A stretch of 64,000 bases of DNA. Source: Candidatus Eiseniibacteriota bacterium. Its GTDB lineage: Bacteria; Eisenbacteria; RBG-16-71-46. Positions 32,939-43,401 of the stretch are shown here, piece by piece. Each line of letters starts with the position of its first letter. The stretch's first letter is position 1. The stretch lies in the NCBI GenBank assembly GCA_963707915.1, contig OY970178.1, forward strand, positions 928,001 through 992,000, given 5' to 3'. Made by a program: the position numbers and the translations under genes. The notes below the pieces were generated by a model. The model saw nothing but the letters and a program-made list of their open reading frames with translations. It was not told the origin of the DNA and searched no databases.

Positions 32939-34828
32939 ATGAGAACCGACCGCCGCCTGCTGCTCGCCCTCGCCCTCGCCACCGGCACGATGCTCGCCGT
33001 CCCCGCCGCCGCCACCGAGCGCGCCGACGTCCCGGACCGGTACAAGTGGAGGATCACCGACCTCTACCCGACCGAACCGGCCTGGACGCAGGCTCGCGAC
33101 GACATCGCCGCGCGCATCCCGAAGCTCGCCGCCTTCCAGGGCCGGCTGGGCGAATCGGCCGGCGTGCTCCACGAGGCGCTCTCGACCTACATGGACCTCT
33201 ACCGCGACCTGGGCAGGCTGTCGGCCTACGCCAGCCTGCGGGCCGACGAAGACACGCGCGTGGCCCACCCGCGGGAGCTGGACCAGATGGCCTCCGCGCT
33301 GGGCGTCCAGCTGGGCGAGGCCTCGTCGTTCGTCACGCCGGAACTCCTGGCGCTGGGGGCGGCCCGCGTGCGGGCCTTCGTGGCCCAGGACCCCCGGCTC
33401 GCGCCCCTGCGCCCGTGGCTCGAGGACGTGCTGCGCTACGAGGCACACACGCTGAGCGCCGCCGAGGAGAAGGTGGCCTCGCAGTACGGGTTGATGACCG
33501 ACGGCCCCGGCCGCACCTACGGCATGTTCGCCAACGGCGACCTGCCCTACCCGGAGGTCACGCTCTCCACCGGCCAGCGGGTGCGACTCGACGGGTCGGG
33601 CTACGTCCTCCACCGCGCCTCCACGAACCGCGCGGACCGCTTCGAGGTGTTCCGGGCGTTCTGGACCGCCTACCGGCAGTTCGAGCGCACCATCGGCACC
33701 ACGCTGGACGCCCGGGTCAAGACCCGCGTCGCCGACCAGCGGGTGCACCGGTTCGATTCGTGCCTGGAGGACGCGCTCTTCGGCGGGAACATCCCGGTCG
33801 GCGTCTACCGGCAGCTCATCGCCGACGTGCACGCCAACCTGCCGACGCTGCACCGCTACCTGGCGCTCCGCCGGCGCATGCTGGGGCTGGACACGCTCTA
33901 CTACCAGGATCTCTACGCGCCGGTGGTCAGGGAGGTGTCCCTGGCCTACACGCCCGAGCAGGCGATGGCCCTCGTGCTCGAGGCGGTGGCGCCGCTCGGC
34001 CCCGGGTACGCCGCGCCGCTCCGGCAGGGCTTCGAGAACGGCTGGGTGGACTGGATGCCCTCCACCGGCAAGCGCTCGGGCGCGTACAACCTCGGCGTCT
34101 ACGGCGCGCACCCGTACGAGCTGCTCAACTTCAACGGCACCTACGACGACGTCGCGACGCTGGCGCACGAGGGCGGACACTCGATGCATTCCTTCCTCGC
34201 CGCGGCGCACCAGCCCTACGCCACCTACGGCTACAAACCGTTCGTGGCGGAGGTGGCCTCGACGCTGAACGAGAACCTGCTCCTCCACCACGTGCTGGAC
34301 CGGACCCGGGACCGCGACACGCGCCTCTTCCTGCTGGGGAGCCGGCTGGACGACCTGCGCGGGACGCTCTTCCGCCAGACGCTCTTCGCCGAATTCGAAC
34401 TGAAGATCCACGAGCTGGCGGAGAAGGACCAGCCGCTCACCGGGGAGAAGCTGAGCCAGCTCTACCTGGCCCTGTTGCGGGAGTACTACGGGGACGCGCA
34501 GGGCGTGTGCCGGGTTCCCGAGCTGCTGGGCATCGAGTGGGCCTTCATCGCGCAGTTCTGGACCCACGACTTCTACGTCTACCAGTACGCGACCAGCATC
34601 GTCGGCTCGACCACCATCGCCGCGAACCTGCGCGCCGAGGCGGCGGCCCGCAAGCCCGCGACCAAGACGCGCGACGCCTACCTCGCGATGCTCGAGGCCG
34701 GCGGGAGCCGCCACCCCATCGAACTGCTGAAGGGCGCGGGCGTGGACATGACCACCCCGGCGCCGTTCGCCGCCGCGATGCGGGAGATGAACGACATCAT
34801 GGACGAGATGGAGAAGCTGCTGAGGTAG
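32939..34828 (+). CDS. pepF: Oligoendopeptidase F (M3B), secreted, copy 3 (intact)
   Basis: SD GGAGG, signal peptide MRTDRRLLLALAL.... GKRSGAYN, LAHEGGHSMH, FVAEVAST. Confidence 0.92.
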   Translation: MRTDRRLLLALALATGTMLAVPAAATERADVPDRYKWRITDLYPTEPAWTQARDDIAARIPKLAAFQGRLGESAGVLHEALSTYMDLYRDLGRLSAYASLRADEDTRVAHPRELDQMASALGVQLGEASSFVTPELLALGAARVRAFVAQDPRLAPLRPWLEDVLRYEAHTLSAAEEKVASQYGLMTDGPGRTYGMFANGDLPYPEVTLSTGQRVRLDGSGYVLHRASTNRADRFEVFRAFWTAYRQFERTIGTTLDARVKTRVADQRVHRFDSCLEDALFGGNIPVGVYRQLIADVHANLPTLHRYLALRRRMLGLDTLYYQDLYAPVVREVSLAYTPEQAMALVLEAVAPLGPGYAAPLRQGFENGWVDWMPSTGKRSGAYNLGVYGAHPYELLNFNGTYDDVATLAHEGGHSMHSFLAAAHQPYATYGYKPFVAEVASTLNENLLLHHVLDRTRDRDTRLFLLGSRLDDLRGTLFRQTLFAEFELKIHELAEKDQPLTGEKLSQLYLALLREYYGDAQGVCRVPELLGIEWAFIAQFWTHDFYVYQYATSIVGSTTIAANLRAEAAARKPATKTRDAYLAMLEAGGSRHPIELLKGAGVDMTTPAPFAAAMREMNDIMDEMEKLLR

Positions 34829-34859
34829 GCGGAACCCGCACCGTTCGCGCGGGGTGATC

Positions 34860-34893
34860 GAATGGCGCCGGCCCGCCGGGTCCGGCGCCATTC
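34860..34893. terminator. Hairpin between convergent genes
   Basis: GAATGGCGCCGG...CCGGCGCCATTC, 12-bp outer stem. Confidence 0.55.
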
Positions 34894-34910
34894 CGCGATC
34901 CGTCCGCCGC

Positions 34911-35240
34911 TCAGCGCGAGCGCAGGTCCTTCACGCGGAGCTCCCAGACGATGCCGCGCCGCGGATCGTCGGCGAGGATGCAGCGCGGGTCTGCGATCTC
35001 CTCGTCCTGGAGGATGAGGATGAGCCGGCCGCCGCCGTGGAGGTAGACGTAGGCGTGCTCGCCCTGGAAGCGCACTTCCACCCCGTCGATCATGCCGTAG
35101 TCGGGGTTGAGGACGCTGGCCTGGTAACGCCTGCCATCCACGCTCCTGCCCTGGAACGTGGCGGCGGCGGCCGGCTCCGCGCACAACGATGCCGCGAGCA
35201 GGCCCGTGACGGCCAGCGTGATCGGTCGGGTGCGGCTCAT
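34911..35240 (-). CDS. Small secreted hypothetical protein
   Basis: SD GGAG. MSRTRPITLAVTGLLAASLCAEPAAA signal, then a beta-rich ~85-aa domain. Confidence 0.6.
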   Translation of the reverse strand: MSRTRPITLAVTGLLAASLCAEPAAAATFQGRSVDGRRYQASVLNPDYGMIDGVEVRFQGEHAYVYLHGGGRLILILQDEEIADPRCILADDPRRGIVWELRVKDLRSR

Positions 35241-35371
35241 GACGCCCTCTCCGTCCACCCGGGACGGCCCCCGCCCGGGCGAACGGCCCCAGCGTACACC
35301 CGTCCGCGCGTCCCGCACCGCTCCCGCGTCACCAGCGCCCCCCGGGGGCCTCCCAGCGACGGTCCGACCCG

Positions 35372-36904
35372 CTACCAGGACGTCGCCAGCGGGCCCGCCT
35401 CGGCCTGCACCGCGTCCAGCACGTCGCAGCGCTCGACCGCCGCCTGCATGGCGTTGTGGTCCGGGAACAGCGGCCGGTCCACGTCGAGGTGCTCGACCAC
35501 CTTCCGCACCGCGGCCCGCGCCGCGAGCGTGCCCCGGCCCGGCGTGAACTCGCGGAAGTCGAGGGCCTGCGACGCGCCGATCAGCTCGATCGCCAGCACG
35601 CCGTGGGCGTTCTTGAGGATCTGCTTCGCCTTCAGCGCGCCGTTCATGCCCATGCTCACGAAGTCCTCCTGGTCGGCCGCCGCCGGGATGGACTGGATGC
35701 AGGAGGGCATGCTCAGGATGCGCTGCTCGACGATCAGCATGTCGGCGGTGTACTGGCTGAGCATCAGGCCCGAGAACATGCCGGCGCCCTTGGTGAGGAA
35801 CGCGGGCAGCCCCACGCTCAGGGCCGGGTTCAGCAGCCGGTTGAGCCGGCGCTCGGACAGCACCGAGACCATGGTCAGCCCCGCCGCCACCATGTCGATC
35901 GGCAGGCTGATCGGCGTGCCCTGGAAGTTCGCGCCGGTCAGCACGCGGCCCTCCTCGTGCACGAAGATGGGATTGTCGGCGACCCCGTTCGGCTCGATCT
36001 CGAGCTGCACGCGAGCGTAGGCCATGAGGTCGCGGAGCGCGCCGATCACCTGCGGCGTCGAGCGCATCGAGTAGGCGTCCTGGACCTTGACCTTGAGCTT
36101 GCCGGTCACCAGGTCCGAGCCCTCCATCACGCGGCGCAGGTTGGCGGCGCACTTCACCGCACCGGGGAAACCGCGCAGCTCGTGGAGCTTCGCCTGGTAG
36201 GGCTTCAGGTTGGCGAGCAGCGCCTCCAGCGTCATCGCGGCCGCGATCTCGGCCTGGGCGATCCAGCGCTCGGCATCGTGGAGCAGCAGGCACCCGATGC
36301 CGGTGATGAGGTTCGAGCCGTTGATGGCCGCGAGCCCGTCGCGGGCCTGGAGCCCCGGCACCGGGATCCCGGCGCGGGCCATGGCGTCCTTCGTGGGCAT
36401 GCGCTCGCCCTCGTAGAAGCTCTCGCCCTCGCCCATCAGGCACAATGCGACCTGGCTCATCGGGGCGAGGTCGCCGCAGGCCCCGACGCTGCCCTTCTCG
36501 CACACCACCGGGGTCACCCCGCGGTTCAGCATCTCGAGGTACGTGAGGGTGATCTCGGGACGGCAGCCGGAGTAGCCGCGCGCGTGCACGTTGATGCGGC
36601 TCGTCATGGCGGCGCGCACGTGCTCGACCGGGCACGGATCCCCGATGCCCGCGGCGTGGTTGTAGATCAGGTAGCGCTGGAACTGCTTCACCTGCTCGTC
36701 GTCGAGCACGACCTCCGAGAACTCGCCGATGCCGGTGTTGACGCCGTACATGATCTCGCGGGCCTGGATCTTCTCCTCGAGCATCCCGCGGCAGGCGCGG
36801 ATGCGCTCGACCGCTTCGGGGGCCAGCGTCGCCGGTTCCCCGTGGCGCGCCACCTTCACCAGGTCTTCGATCGTCAGGCTGCTGCCATCCAGTCGCACGG
36901 CCAT
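35372..36904 (-). CDS. hutH: MIO-dependent aromatic amino acid (histidine-type) ammonia-lyase with Ala-Cys-Gly MIO triad
   Basis: YGVNTGIG, NHAAG, GSVGACGDLAP, DGLAAING, QDAYSMRSTPQV, DNP, ANFQG, SERRLNRL, QEDFVSM. SD GAGGAG. Confidence 0.88.
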   Translation of the reverse strand: MAVRLDGSSLTIEDLVKVARHGEPATLAPEAVERIRACRGMLEEKIQAREIMYGVNTGIGEFSEVVLDDEQVKQFQRYLIYNHAAGIGDPCPVEHVRAAMTSRINVHARGYSGCRPEITLTYLEMLNRGVTPVVCEKGSVGACGDLAPMSQVALCLMGEGESFYEGERMPTKDAMARAGIPVPGLQARDGLAAINGSNLITGIGCLLLHDAERWIAQAEIAAAMTLEALLANLKPYQAKLHELRGFPGAVKCAANLRRVMEGSDLVTGKLKVKVQDAYSMRSTPQVIGALRDLMAYARVQLEIEPNGVADNPIFVHEEGRVLTGANFQGTPISLPIDMVAAGLTMVSVLSERRLNRLLNPALSVGLPAFLTKGAGMFSGLMLSQYTADMLIVEQRILSMPSCIQSIPAAADQEDFVSMGMNGALKAKQILKNAHGVLAIELIGASQALDFREFTPGRGTLAARAAVRKVVEHLDVDRPLFPDHNAMQAAVERCDVLDAVQAEAGPLATSW

Positions 36905-37242
36905 GGAGATCTCCTCGGTGGTCGGTCCAGCATCGGGCGGGAGTCCGCGGGAGACTACACCAACGGCGGAGCGCTGTCCGGCCCGGGGACCGGACCCGCG
37001 CCCCATTCGCCTATCCGCTACGCCCTTGGTAGCATCGCGCGGCACCCCGAGGCTGGTCTACGATGCCTGCGCGTGTGCCCGGGGACGGTCCCGGGAGACT
37101 CCGAGATGCGTGCGAAGCACCGGACACGCGCGCCACGGCACGGCCGAACACCGTCGCCCGGCGCGCGCGAAGGCCGCGACCCGTCCATGGGCGCGGCGGT
37201 GCCGCCGAGAGCCGTGTGGCCGCTAGCGCCGAAAGGGAACCG

Positions 37243-38940
37243 ATGTCACGTCCGAACGTCGATGCAAGCTGCCCCATTAAGGTGTCGCTGCGCGGCAACG
37301 CCCTGCTCAAGGATCCGCTGTTCAACAAGGGGCTCGCCTTCACCGCCGAGGAGCGCCAGGTCTTCGGGCTCGAGGGCCTGCTGCCCAAGGCCCAGCGGAC
37401 CATCCAGGACCAGGTGGCCACCGCGCTCGAGCACGTTCGCGCCAAGGCCACGCCGCTCGAGAAGTTCATCGGGCTGGCCGCGTTGCAGGACCGCGACGAG
37501 ACGCTGTTCTACCGCGTGATCGTCGAGAACCTGCAGGAGTTCCTGCCCATCGTCTACACGCCCACGGTGGGCGCCGCCTGCCAGAACTACAGCCACATCT
37601 TCCGCAACCCGCGCGGGCTGTGGATCACGCCCGCGGACATCGCGCGCATCCCCGAGATCCTGCGCGGCGCCCCCAACCAGGACATCCGCCTCATCGTCGC
37701 GACCGACAACGAGCGCATCCTCGGCCTGGGCGACCAGGGTGCGGGCGGCATGGGCATCCCGGTCGGCAAGCTGGCGCTCTACACCGCCGCCGCGGGCATC
37801 CACCCCACCCAGTGCCTGCCGGTGAGCCTCGACGTCGGCACCGACAACCAGGCGCTGCTCGACGACCCCTACTACATCGGCTGGCGGCACAAGCGGCTGC
37901 GCGGCGACGCGTACTTCCAGTTCATCGAGGTCTTCGTGCTGGCCGTCAAGGAGGTCTTCCCGCGCGCGCTGCTGCAGTGGGAGGACTTCCTCAAGGAGAC
38001 CGCCTTCGCCGTGCTGGACCGCTACCGCAAGCGGATCACCAGCTTCAACGACGACATCCAGGGCACCTCGGGCATCGCGGTGGCCGGCCTGCTGGCGGCG
38101 TTGCGCATCACCGGCATCCCGCTCGCCGAGCAGCGCATCGTCTACGCGGGCGCCGGCGCGGCCGGCGTGGGCATCGCGCGCCTGGTGCGCACGGCCATCC
38201 AGGAGCAGTGCGGCGACGCCGGCAAGGTGCGGATGGCGCAGGTGCTGGTGGACACGCGGGGACTGGTCTGGGAGTCGGGCGAGAAGCTGCAGGCCCACAA
38301 GCGGGAGTTCGCGCTCCAGCGCGCCGACCTCGACCGGCTCGGGCTCAAGGGCCCGGGGCCGTTCGACCTGCTCTCGGTGGTGAAGGCGTACAAGCCCACG
38401 ATGCTCCTGGGCACCAGCGCCACGCCGGGCCTCTTCACCGAGGAGATCGTCCGCGAGATGGCGAAGCACGCGGAGCGGCCGATCATCTTCGCCTACAGCA
38501 ACCCGACCTCGAAGACCGAGGTGAAGCCCGAGGACGCCATCGCCTGGACCGGCGGTCGCGCCATCCTGGCGACCGGGAGCCCCTTCCCTCCCGTCACCTA
38601 CCAGGGGAAGACCTACGAGATCGGCCAGGGCAACAACGCCTTCGTCTTCCCGGGCGTGGGGCTCGGCGCGATCCTCGCCGAGGCCAGCGAGGTGACGGAC
38701 TCGATGTTCCTGGTGGCCGCCAAGGCGGTGGCGGAGTGCGTCTCCGAGGAGCGGCTGAAGACGGGAGCCATCTACCCCGACCAGTCCGAGATGCGCGCGG
38801 TCAGTGCGCGGATCGCGGCCGGGGTCATCCGGGATGCGCAACGCCAGGGCCTGGGACGCATCATCCCGGACGGGGAGATCGAGAAGCTGGTGGCGGACGG
38901 CATGTGGTATCCGGAGTACCGTCCGTACGTCCCTGCCTGA
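37243..38940 (+). CDS. maeA: NAD-dependent malic enzyme
   Basis: [70 protein letters not shown]. Confidence 0.95.
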   Translation: MSRPNVDASCPIKVSLRGNALLKDPLFNKGLAFTAEERQVFGLEGLLPKAQRTIQDQVATALEHVRAKATPLEKFIGLAALQDRDETLFYRVIVENLQEFLPIVYTPTVGAACQNYSHIFRNPRGLWITPADIARIPEILRGAPNQDIRLIVATDNERILGLGDQGAGGMGIPVGKLALYTAAAGIHPTQCLPVSLDVGTDNQALLDDPYYIGWRHKRLRGDAYFQFIEVFVLAVKEVFPRALLQWEDFLKETAFAVLDRYRKRITSFNDDIQGTSGIAVAGLLAALRITGIPLAEQRIVYAGAGAAGVGIARLVRTAIQEQCGDAGKVRMAQVLVDTRGLVWESGEKLQAHKREFALQRADLDRLGLKGPGPFDLLSVVKAYKPTMLLGTSATPGLFTEEIVREMAKHAERPIIFAYSNPTSKTEVKPEDAIAWTGGRAILATGSPFPPVTYQGKTYEIGQGNNAFVFPGVGLGAILAEASEVTDSMFLVAAKAVAECVSEERLKTGAIYPDQSEMRAVSARIAAGVIRDAQRQGLGRIIPDGEIEKLVADGMWYPEYRPYVPA

Positions 38941-39079
38941 GGTCGGATCCTGATCCCGGCGGGCGGCTCCCACACCGGGGCCGCCCGCCCTCACTTGGGG
39001 AGCGGAGTCCTTTCGCGCATCATGGGCCGCCCGCCGAGGGCGCACGCGGGTGCGCCATCGGCGAACCGAAGAGGTCCGG

Positions 39080-40033
39080 ATGGGATCGAGCATCGAGAGC
39101 CGACGCGAAGCACCGCCGGGCGGGCACGCCGGGCCACGGCCCGTGCTGGCCTGGGGCGCCTGGGCCTCGTGCAGCCTCATCTGGGGCAGCACGTTCCTGT
39201 TCATCAGCCTCGGCAACGGCGCGCTGGCCCCGGTCTGGGCCGCGTCCCTCCGGCTCGCGCTCGCCGCCGCGCTGCTCACGCTGATCGCGCTCGCCCTGCG
39301 GCACCCGTTCCCGCGGGGACCGGCGCTGCGCGCCGCGATGGCCTACGGCTTCCTCCAGTTCGGCGTCAACTTCCCGCTGCTCTACTGGGGCGAGCAGACC
39401 TTCCCCTCGGGCCTCTCGGCCGTGATCTACGCCACCATCCCGCTGAGCACCGCGCTGATGACCGCCGCGCTGGGGATGGAGCGGCTCACGCCGTACCGGC
39501 TCGCCGGCGCGGGCGTGGCGCTGGCGGGGGTGGCCGTGCTCTTCTCGGACCAGCTCGGCGGGGCCGTGGGACTGGTGCCCGGTGTGGCCATCGTCTGCGC
39601 CGCGACCTTCGCGGCCTGGTCGGGCGTGATCCTCAAGCGCGGGCCGCGCCAATCCCCGCTCTGGTCCAACGCGGTGGGCGCCGTCACCGGGCTCGTCGTC
39701 TGCCTGGTGGTGAGCTCCGCCCTCGGCGAGCCGCACCCCTTCCCGGCCCGCTTCGCCGCCTGGTTCCCGGTGCTCTACCTCACCCTGGCCGGCTCGGTCG
39801 GGGCCTTCGTGCTCTTCGCCTGGCTCATCAACCACTGGCCGGTGACGCGGGTGAGCTTCATCGGCGTGGTGAACCCGGTCGTGGCGCTGCTGCTCGGCTG
39901 GCTGGTCCGCGACGAGCACCTCACCCGGGCGAGCCTCGGTGGCTCGGCGCTCATCCTGGTCGGGCTCGTGCTCGGGCTGAGGAGCGGCGGGGCCGGCGCG
40001 GCCCGCTTGCGACCCGCGAACGACGGGCGCTAG
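39080..40033 (+). CDS. DMT/EamA family transporter
   Basis: IWGSTF, 10 TM helices in two EamA repeats, NPVVALLLGW. Confidence 0.9.
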   Translation: MGSSIESRREAPPGGHAGPRPVLAWGAWASCSLIWGSTFLFISLGNGALAPVWAASLRLALAAALLTLIALALRHPFPRGPALRAAMAYGFLQFGVNFPLLYWGEQTFPSGLSAVIYATIPLSTALMTAALGMERLTPYRLAGAGVALAGVAVLFSDQLGGAVGLVPGVAIVCAATFAAWSGVILKRGPRQSPLWSNAVGAVTGLVVCLVVSSALGEPHPFPARFAAWFPVLYLTLAGSVGAFVLFAWLINHWPVTRVSFIGVVNPVVALLLGWLVRDEHLTRASLGGSALILVGLVLGLRSGGAGAARLRPANDGR

Positions 40034-40118
40034 CATCGGCGGCCGGTGCCGCATCGACCGAGGTGACCGCCGCGGGCCCCTTCCCGCACGGGCGACCGTA
40101 CCCGAGGAGGCCGACGAC

Positions 40119-41120
40119 ATGTCCCGGGCGGGTGGATGGGCGGGCTGGGCACGTCGGCTCGGCGTCCGCCGGCCGGCGCGCAGGGCGGAGTACGGGCCCC
40201 GGCTCGGTCCACGGGGCAGCACCAGCGTCCCGGGCCTGTTCGTGGTCGGCGCCCTCGCCGGGGCCGAGTCGCTCGAGGAGGCCCGGGAAGGGGCCGCGGG
40301 CGCCGTGCAGTCCATCTTCGCCCTCGACGCGCCGCGCACCTCCCCCCCGCCCACCGGCACCCGCGACCTGGTCATCGTGGGTGCGGGCGCCGCGGGCTTC
40401 GCTGCGGCGCTGGCCGCGCGCGCCATGCACCTCGAATGCGAGCTCGTCGAGGCCCACGAGCCGATCGTCCCCCTGGACGAGCTGCGCGCGCGCACCGGGG
40501 CGGCCGTGCGCATCGCGCGGGCCGAGCGCATCGAGCCCGCGGAGGGGCACCTGCGCGTCCGGATCGCCGGCGGCGACACCGTGGCGGGGCGGCGCGTCGT
40601 CGTCGCCACCGGCCAGGGCGGCTGCCCGCGCCGGCTCGGTCTCCCCGGCGAGGAGCTCGGTCACGTCTTCCACCGCCTGCACGATCCCGCGGACTTCGCG
40701 GGGCGCCGGGTGGTGATCGTGGGCGGCGGCCAGTGCGCCGCGCAGGCGGCCATCGCCCTGGCCGAGCACGGGGCCGAGGTGACGCTGCTCTACCGCGGTG
40801 CGGTGCTGACCCGGCCGCGCTACCGGACCCTCTCGCGCCTCAGCGAACTGCTCGCCGGCGCGCCCGTCGAGCCGTTCCGCCGCGGCCAGCGCCGCAGCGC
40901 CGTGCCGCGCCGAGCGCCCGGGCCCGGCACGGTCGCGCTCCGCTTGATGACCCGCCCGCTGGAGATCCGGGCGCACGAGACCTTGCTCGGCCCCGCGGAC
41001 GGCCCGCCGGAGGCGGTGGCCACGGACGCCGTGCTCATCCTCGCCGGCCGCGACCCGGACGACGAACTGCTCGAGGGTTCGGGCGTGGCGATGCGCGGCC
41101 GGCGCCCCGCGACCCGATAG
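40119..41120 (+). CDS. FAD/NAD(P)-dependent oxidoreductase (thioredoxin-reductase-like, permuted)
   Basis: SD AGGAGG. DLVIVGAGAAG, VVATG, VVIVGGGQCA..VTLLYRG. The TSVPGLFVVG motif sits at the N-terminus. Confidence 0.7.
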   Translation: MSRAGGWAGWARRLGVRRPARRAEYGPRLGPRGSTSVPGLFVVGALAGAESLEEAREGAAGAVQSIFALDAPRTSPPPTGTRDLVIVGAGAAGFAAALAARAMHLECELVEAHEPIVPLDELRARTGAAVRIARAERIEPAEGHLRVRIAGGDTVAGRRVVVATGQGGCPRRLGLPGEELGHVFHRLHDPADFAGRRVVIVGGGQCAAQAAIALAEHGAEVTLLYRGAVLTRPRYRTLSRLSELLAGAPVEPFRRGQRRSAVPRRAPGPGTVALRLMTRPLEIRAHETLLGPADGPPEAVATDAVLILAGRDPDDELLEGSGVAMRGRRPATR

Positions 41121-41241
41121 CCGCGGCCCGGGTCGCGGCACCGCGGCGCCATGGCCCGGCCGGACTCGCCGTCGGCCTCACCGGTGCGGATGCACGGGCG
41201 CCCGCGAGCGTCGCCGGTGGGCTCCCCGCCGGCCCCGGGGC

Positions 41242-42849
41242 TCACTGCCCGCCGGTCGCCCGCACGTAGCCCGGATCAACGAAGGGCGGCTGGCCGCCCT
41301 TGCGCTCACCCGGCTGGAGCACGCGGAAGATGCCGACGCCGTAGCCCACGACCTCGCCGCCCACGTAGATCAGTTCGAGCCGCTGTTCGCGGTCACGGAA
41401 CGCCGCGTCGTAGAGCAACGGCTCGAGCTGGCGACGGAAGATCTCCGCCACCTTCTGGTCCACGACCAGGTAGCGCACGTGGGCCCGGAGCGCCGTGCGC
41501 ACGATCGTCTCGTAGGGCTCGTCGGGAGTCACGTAGTAGCCGCGATGAGCGTAGAAGGCGACGAATGGCTTGCGGTCCATCACCACGGCACCCGGCTCCG
41601 CCACGCCCGAGAGCCAGATCCCCGCGGTCCGATGGGCGTCCATCCAGCCGTCGAAGGGCTTCTGCAGGTCGCCCGCGAGATTGGCCCCGCACCACACCGC
41701 ACCGGCCAGGGCCAGCGCGGCGCCGCCCAGCCGCCAACGCGGAGCGCCGGCGGCCAGCGGCACGGCCGCGAGGATGGCGAGCGCCGGTACCGCGCCGAGC
41801 AGGAACCGGGGCTGGACCGACAGGCCGCCGAGCAATGGCAGCGCCACGAGGTGGAGCAACGGCACCGCTTCGAGTCCCCGGCGGCGCCACAGGCCCACGA
41901 GCGACAGCAGCAGCAACGGCGCGGGCCACAGCCGCAGCAGTGCGCGCCCGTGCGCGGCGGCGTTCGACGGGTACTGGCGCAAAGCCACGGGACCGTTGCG
42001 CGCGAGGGCGTCGGCCAGGCCCTTCGGCACGGCGGCCGGCGCGAGGCGCGGCTCGTCCAGCCGCCAGTCCGTCACCACCGGACGCAGCGCCACGACCTTG
42101 GGGGTCAGCGTCCACGTCCCCAGCGTGGCGTGGAACCACACCCAGCACGGGATCGCCAGGGCGAGGAACCCCAGCATCCCGAGACCGAGCGTGCGTCGGC
42201 GGACGGCGCCGCGGACCGTGCCGAGCGCCCCGCCCACGGCCAGCGCGCCCGCGGGGATGAGCGCCTCGGGCCGGAGCGCGAAGGCCGCTCCCATGACGAG
42301 CCCCGAGGTCAGCCCCCGGGCGGCACCGGCCAGCGCGAGCCCGCCGTAGAGCGCGAGGAAGTAGGCCGAGTCGGACATCGTCACGGCGGACAGGACGGCC
42401 ATCAGCGGGTGAAGCGCGACCGCGAGCACGGGGAAGGCGGCCCAGCGCGGCCCCAGCGCGCGGCGGCCCAGCCACCACACCGGCCAGACCAGCAGCACCC
42501 CGCACACCAGCGAGACGAGCGCGCCGGAGTACACGCGGTCGGGCACGACCACGCGGGCGAGCGCGATGAGCAGCGGATAGCCGGGAGGGAAGATCGAGAC
42601 GGCCGGATGTCCGGCCCGCAACGCCTCGGCGAACCGCACGTACTCGGTGCCGTCCACCGTGATGAACGGCTGCCAGAACAGCGCCCAGAGCCTCAGCGCC
42701 AACGCGAGCATCGATCCGAGGACGGGCACCGCCGGCCCCTCGAACCATGCCGGCCCGCTCGCCCGGCCCGCGCCGGCCAACGCGCTGGAGCGCGAACCGC
42801 GCACCGCCGGGGGCCTCGTCGCCGCCCGGCGGCCGGATCTCTCACCCAC
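41242..42849 (-). CDS. ArnT/PMT (GT39/GT83)-like membrane glycosyltransferase
   Basis: DGTEY, FPPGYPLLIA, LRPEA, QPRFLL, multiple TMs, C-terminal soluble domain (VRYLVVD). Start may be later (42711). Confidence 0.75.
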   Translation of the reverse strand: MGERSGRRAATRPPAVRGSRSSALAGAGRASGPAWFEGPAVPVLGSMLALALRLWALFWQPFITVDGTEYVRFAEALRAGHPAVSIFPPGYPLLIALARVVVPDRVYSGALVSLVCGVLLVWPVWWLGRRALGPRWAAFPVLAVALHPLMAVLSAVTMSDSAYFLALYGGLALAGAARGLTSGLVMGAAFALRPEALIPAGALAVGGALGTVRGAVRRRTLGLGMLGFLALAIPCWVWFHATLGTWTLTPKVVALRPVVTDWRLDEPRLAPAAVPKGLADALARNGPVALRQYPSNAAAHGRALLRLWPAPLLLLSLVGLWRRRGLEAVPLLHLVALPLLGGLSVQPRFLLGAVPALAILAAVPLAAGAPRWRLGGAALALAGAVWCGANLAGDLQKPFDGWMDAHRTAGIWLSGVAEPGAVVMDRKPFVAFYAHRGYYVTPDEPYETIVRTALRAHVRYLVVDQKVAEIFRRQLEPLLYDAAFRDREQRLELIYVGGEVVGYGVGIFRVLQPGERKGGQPPFVDPGYVRATGGQ

Positions 42850-42903
42850 GCGCGCGACCTCCGGGACCCGACCCGCCGGTCATGACGGCGATCGTCCCCG
42901 GGG

Positions 42904-43401
42904 CTACTTCACGCCCACGAGCTCGACCTCGAACACCAGCGTGGAGTTGGGCGGGATCACGGGCGGGGAGCCCCGTTCCCCGTAGGCGAGGTCGGGAGGG
43001 ATCGTGAGCTTGCGCTTGCCGCCGACGCGCATGCCCTTCAGGCCCTCGTCCCAGCCGCGGATGACCATCCCCGCGCCGATCGTGAACGAATACGGCCGCC
43101 CACCGGGATCGAGCGAGCTATCGAACTTGGTGCCGTCGGTGAGCCGGCCGGTGTAGTTCACCTCGACCTGCGTGCCTTCTTCGGCGATGGCGCCGTCGCC
43201 CACCAGGAGGTCCTGGTACTTGAGTCCGGAGGGCGTCGTGGTCTCCTTCGCGGCCGACGCCATCGGCGTCGCCGGCGGGGTGGACTGCTGGGTCGTGGGC
43301 GCCGCGGCCTGGGACGGCGTGGACCCGCCCGACTCGCCCTGCTGGCAGCCGGCCAGCGCGACGATGCCGAGCACGGCCAGCCAGTACGTCGGTCTGTTCA
43401 T
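42904..43401 (-). CDS. FKBP-type peptidyl-prolyl isomerase (lipoprotein)
   Basis: SD GGAGG. Lipobox [56 protein letters not shown]. Confidence 0.95.
   Translation of the reverse strand: MNRPTYWLAVLGIVALAGCQQGESGGSTPSQAAAPTTQQSTPPATPMASAAKETTTPSGLKYQDLLVGDGAIAEEGTQVEVNYTGRLTDGTKFDSSLDPGGRPYSFTIGAGMVIRGWDEGLKGMRVGGKRKLTIPPDLAYGERGSPPVIPPNSTLVFEVELVGVK

Noticed and set aside
37050..37242. Riboswitch in the long malic enzyme leader (also 3951-4518 and 14139-14433)
   Set aside because: GC-rich pairing is possible, but I recognised no conserved riboswitch or ncRNA core. An Infernal/Rfam scan would be needed.
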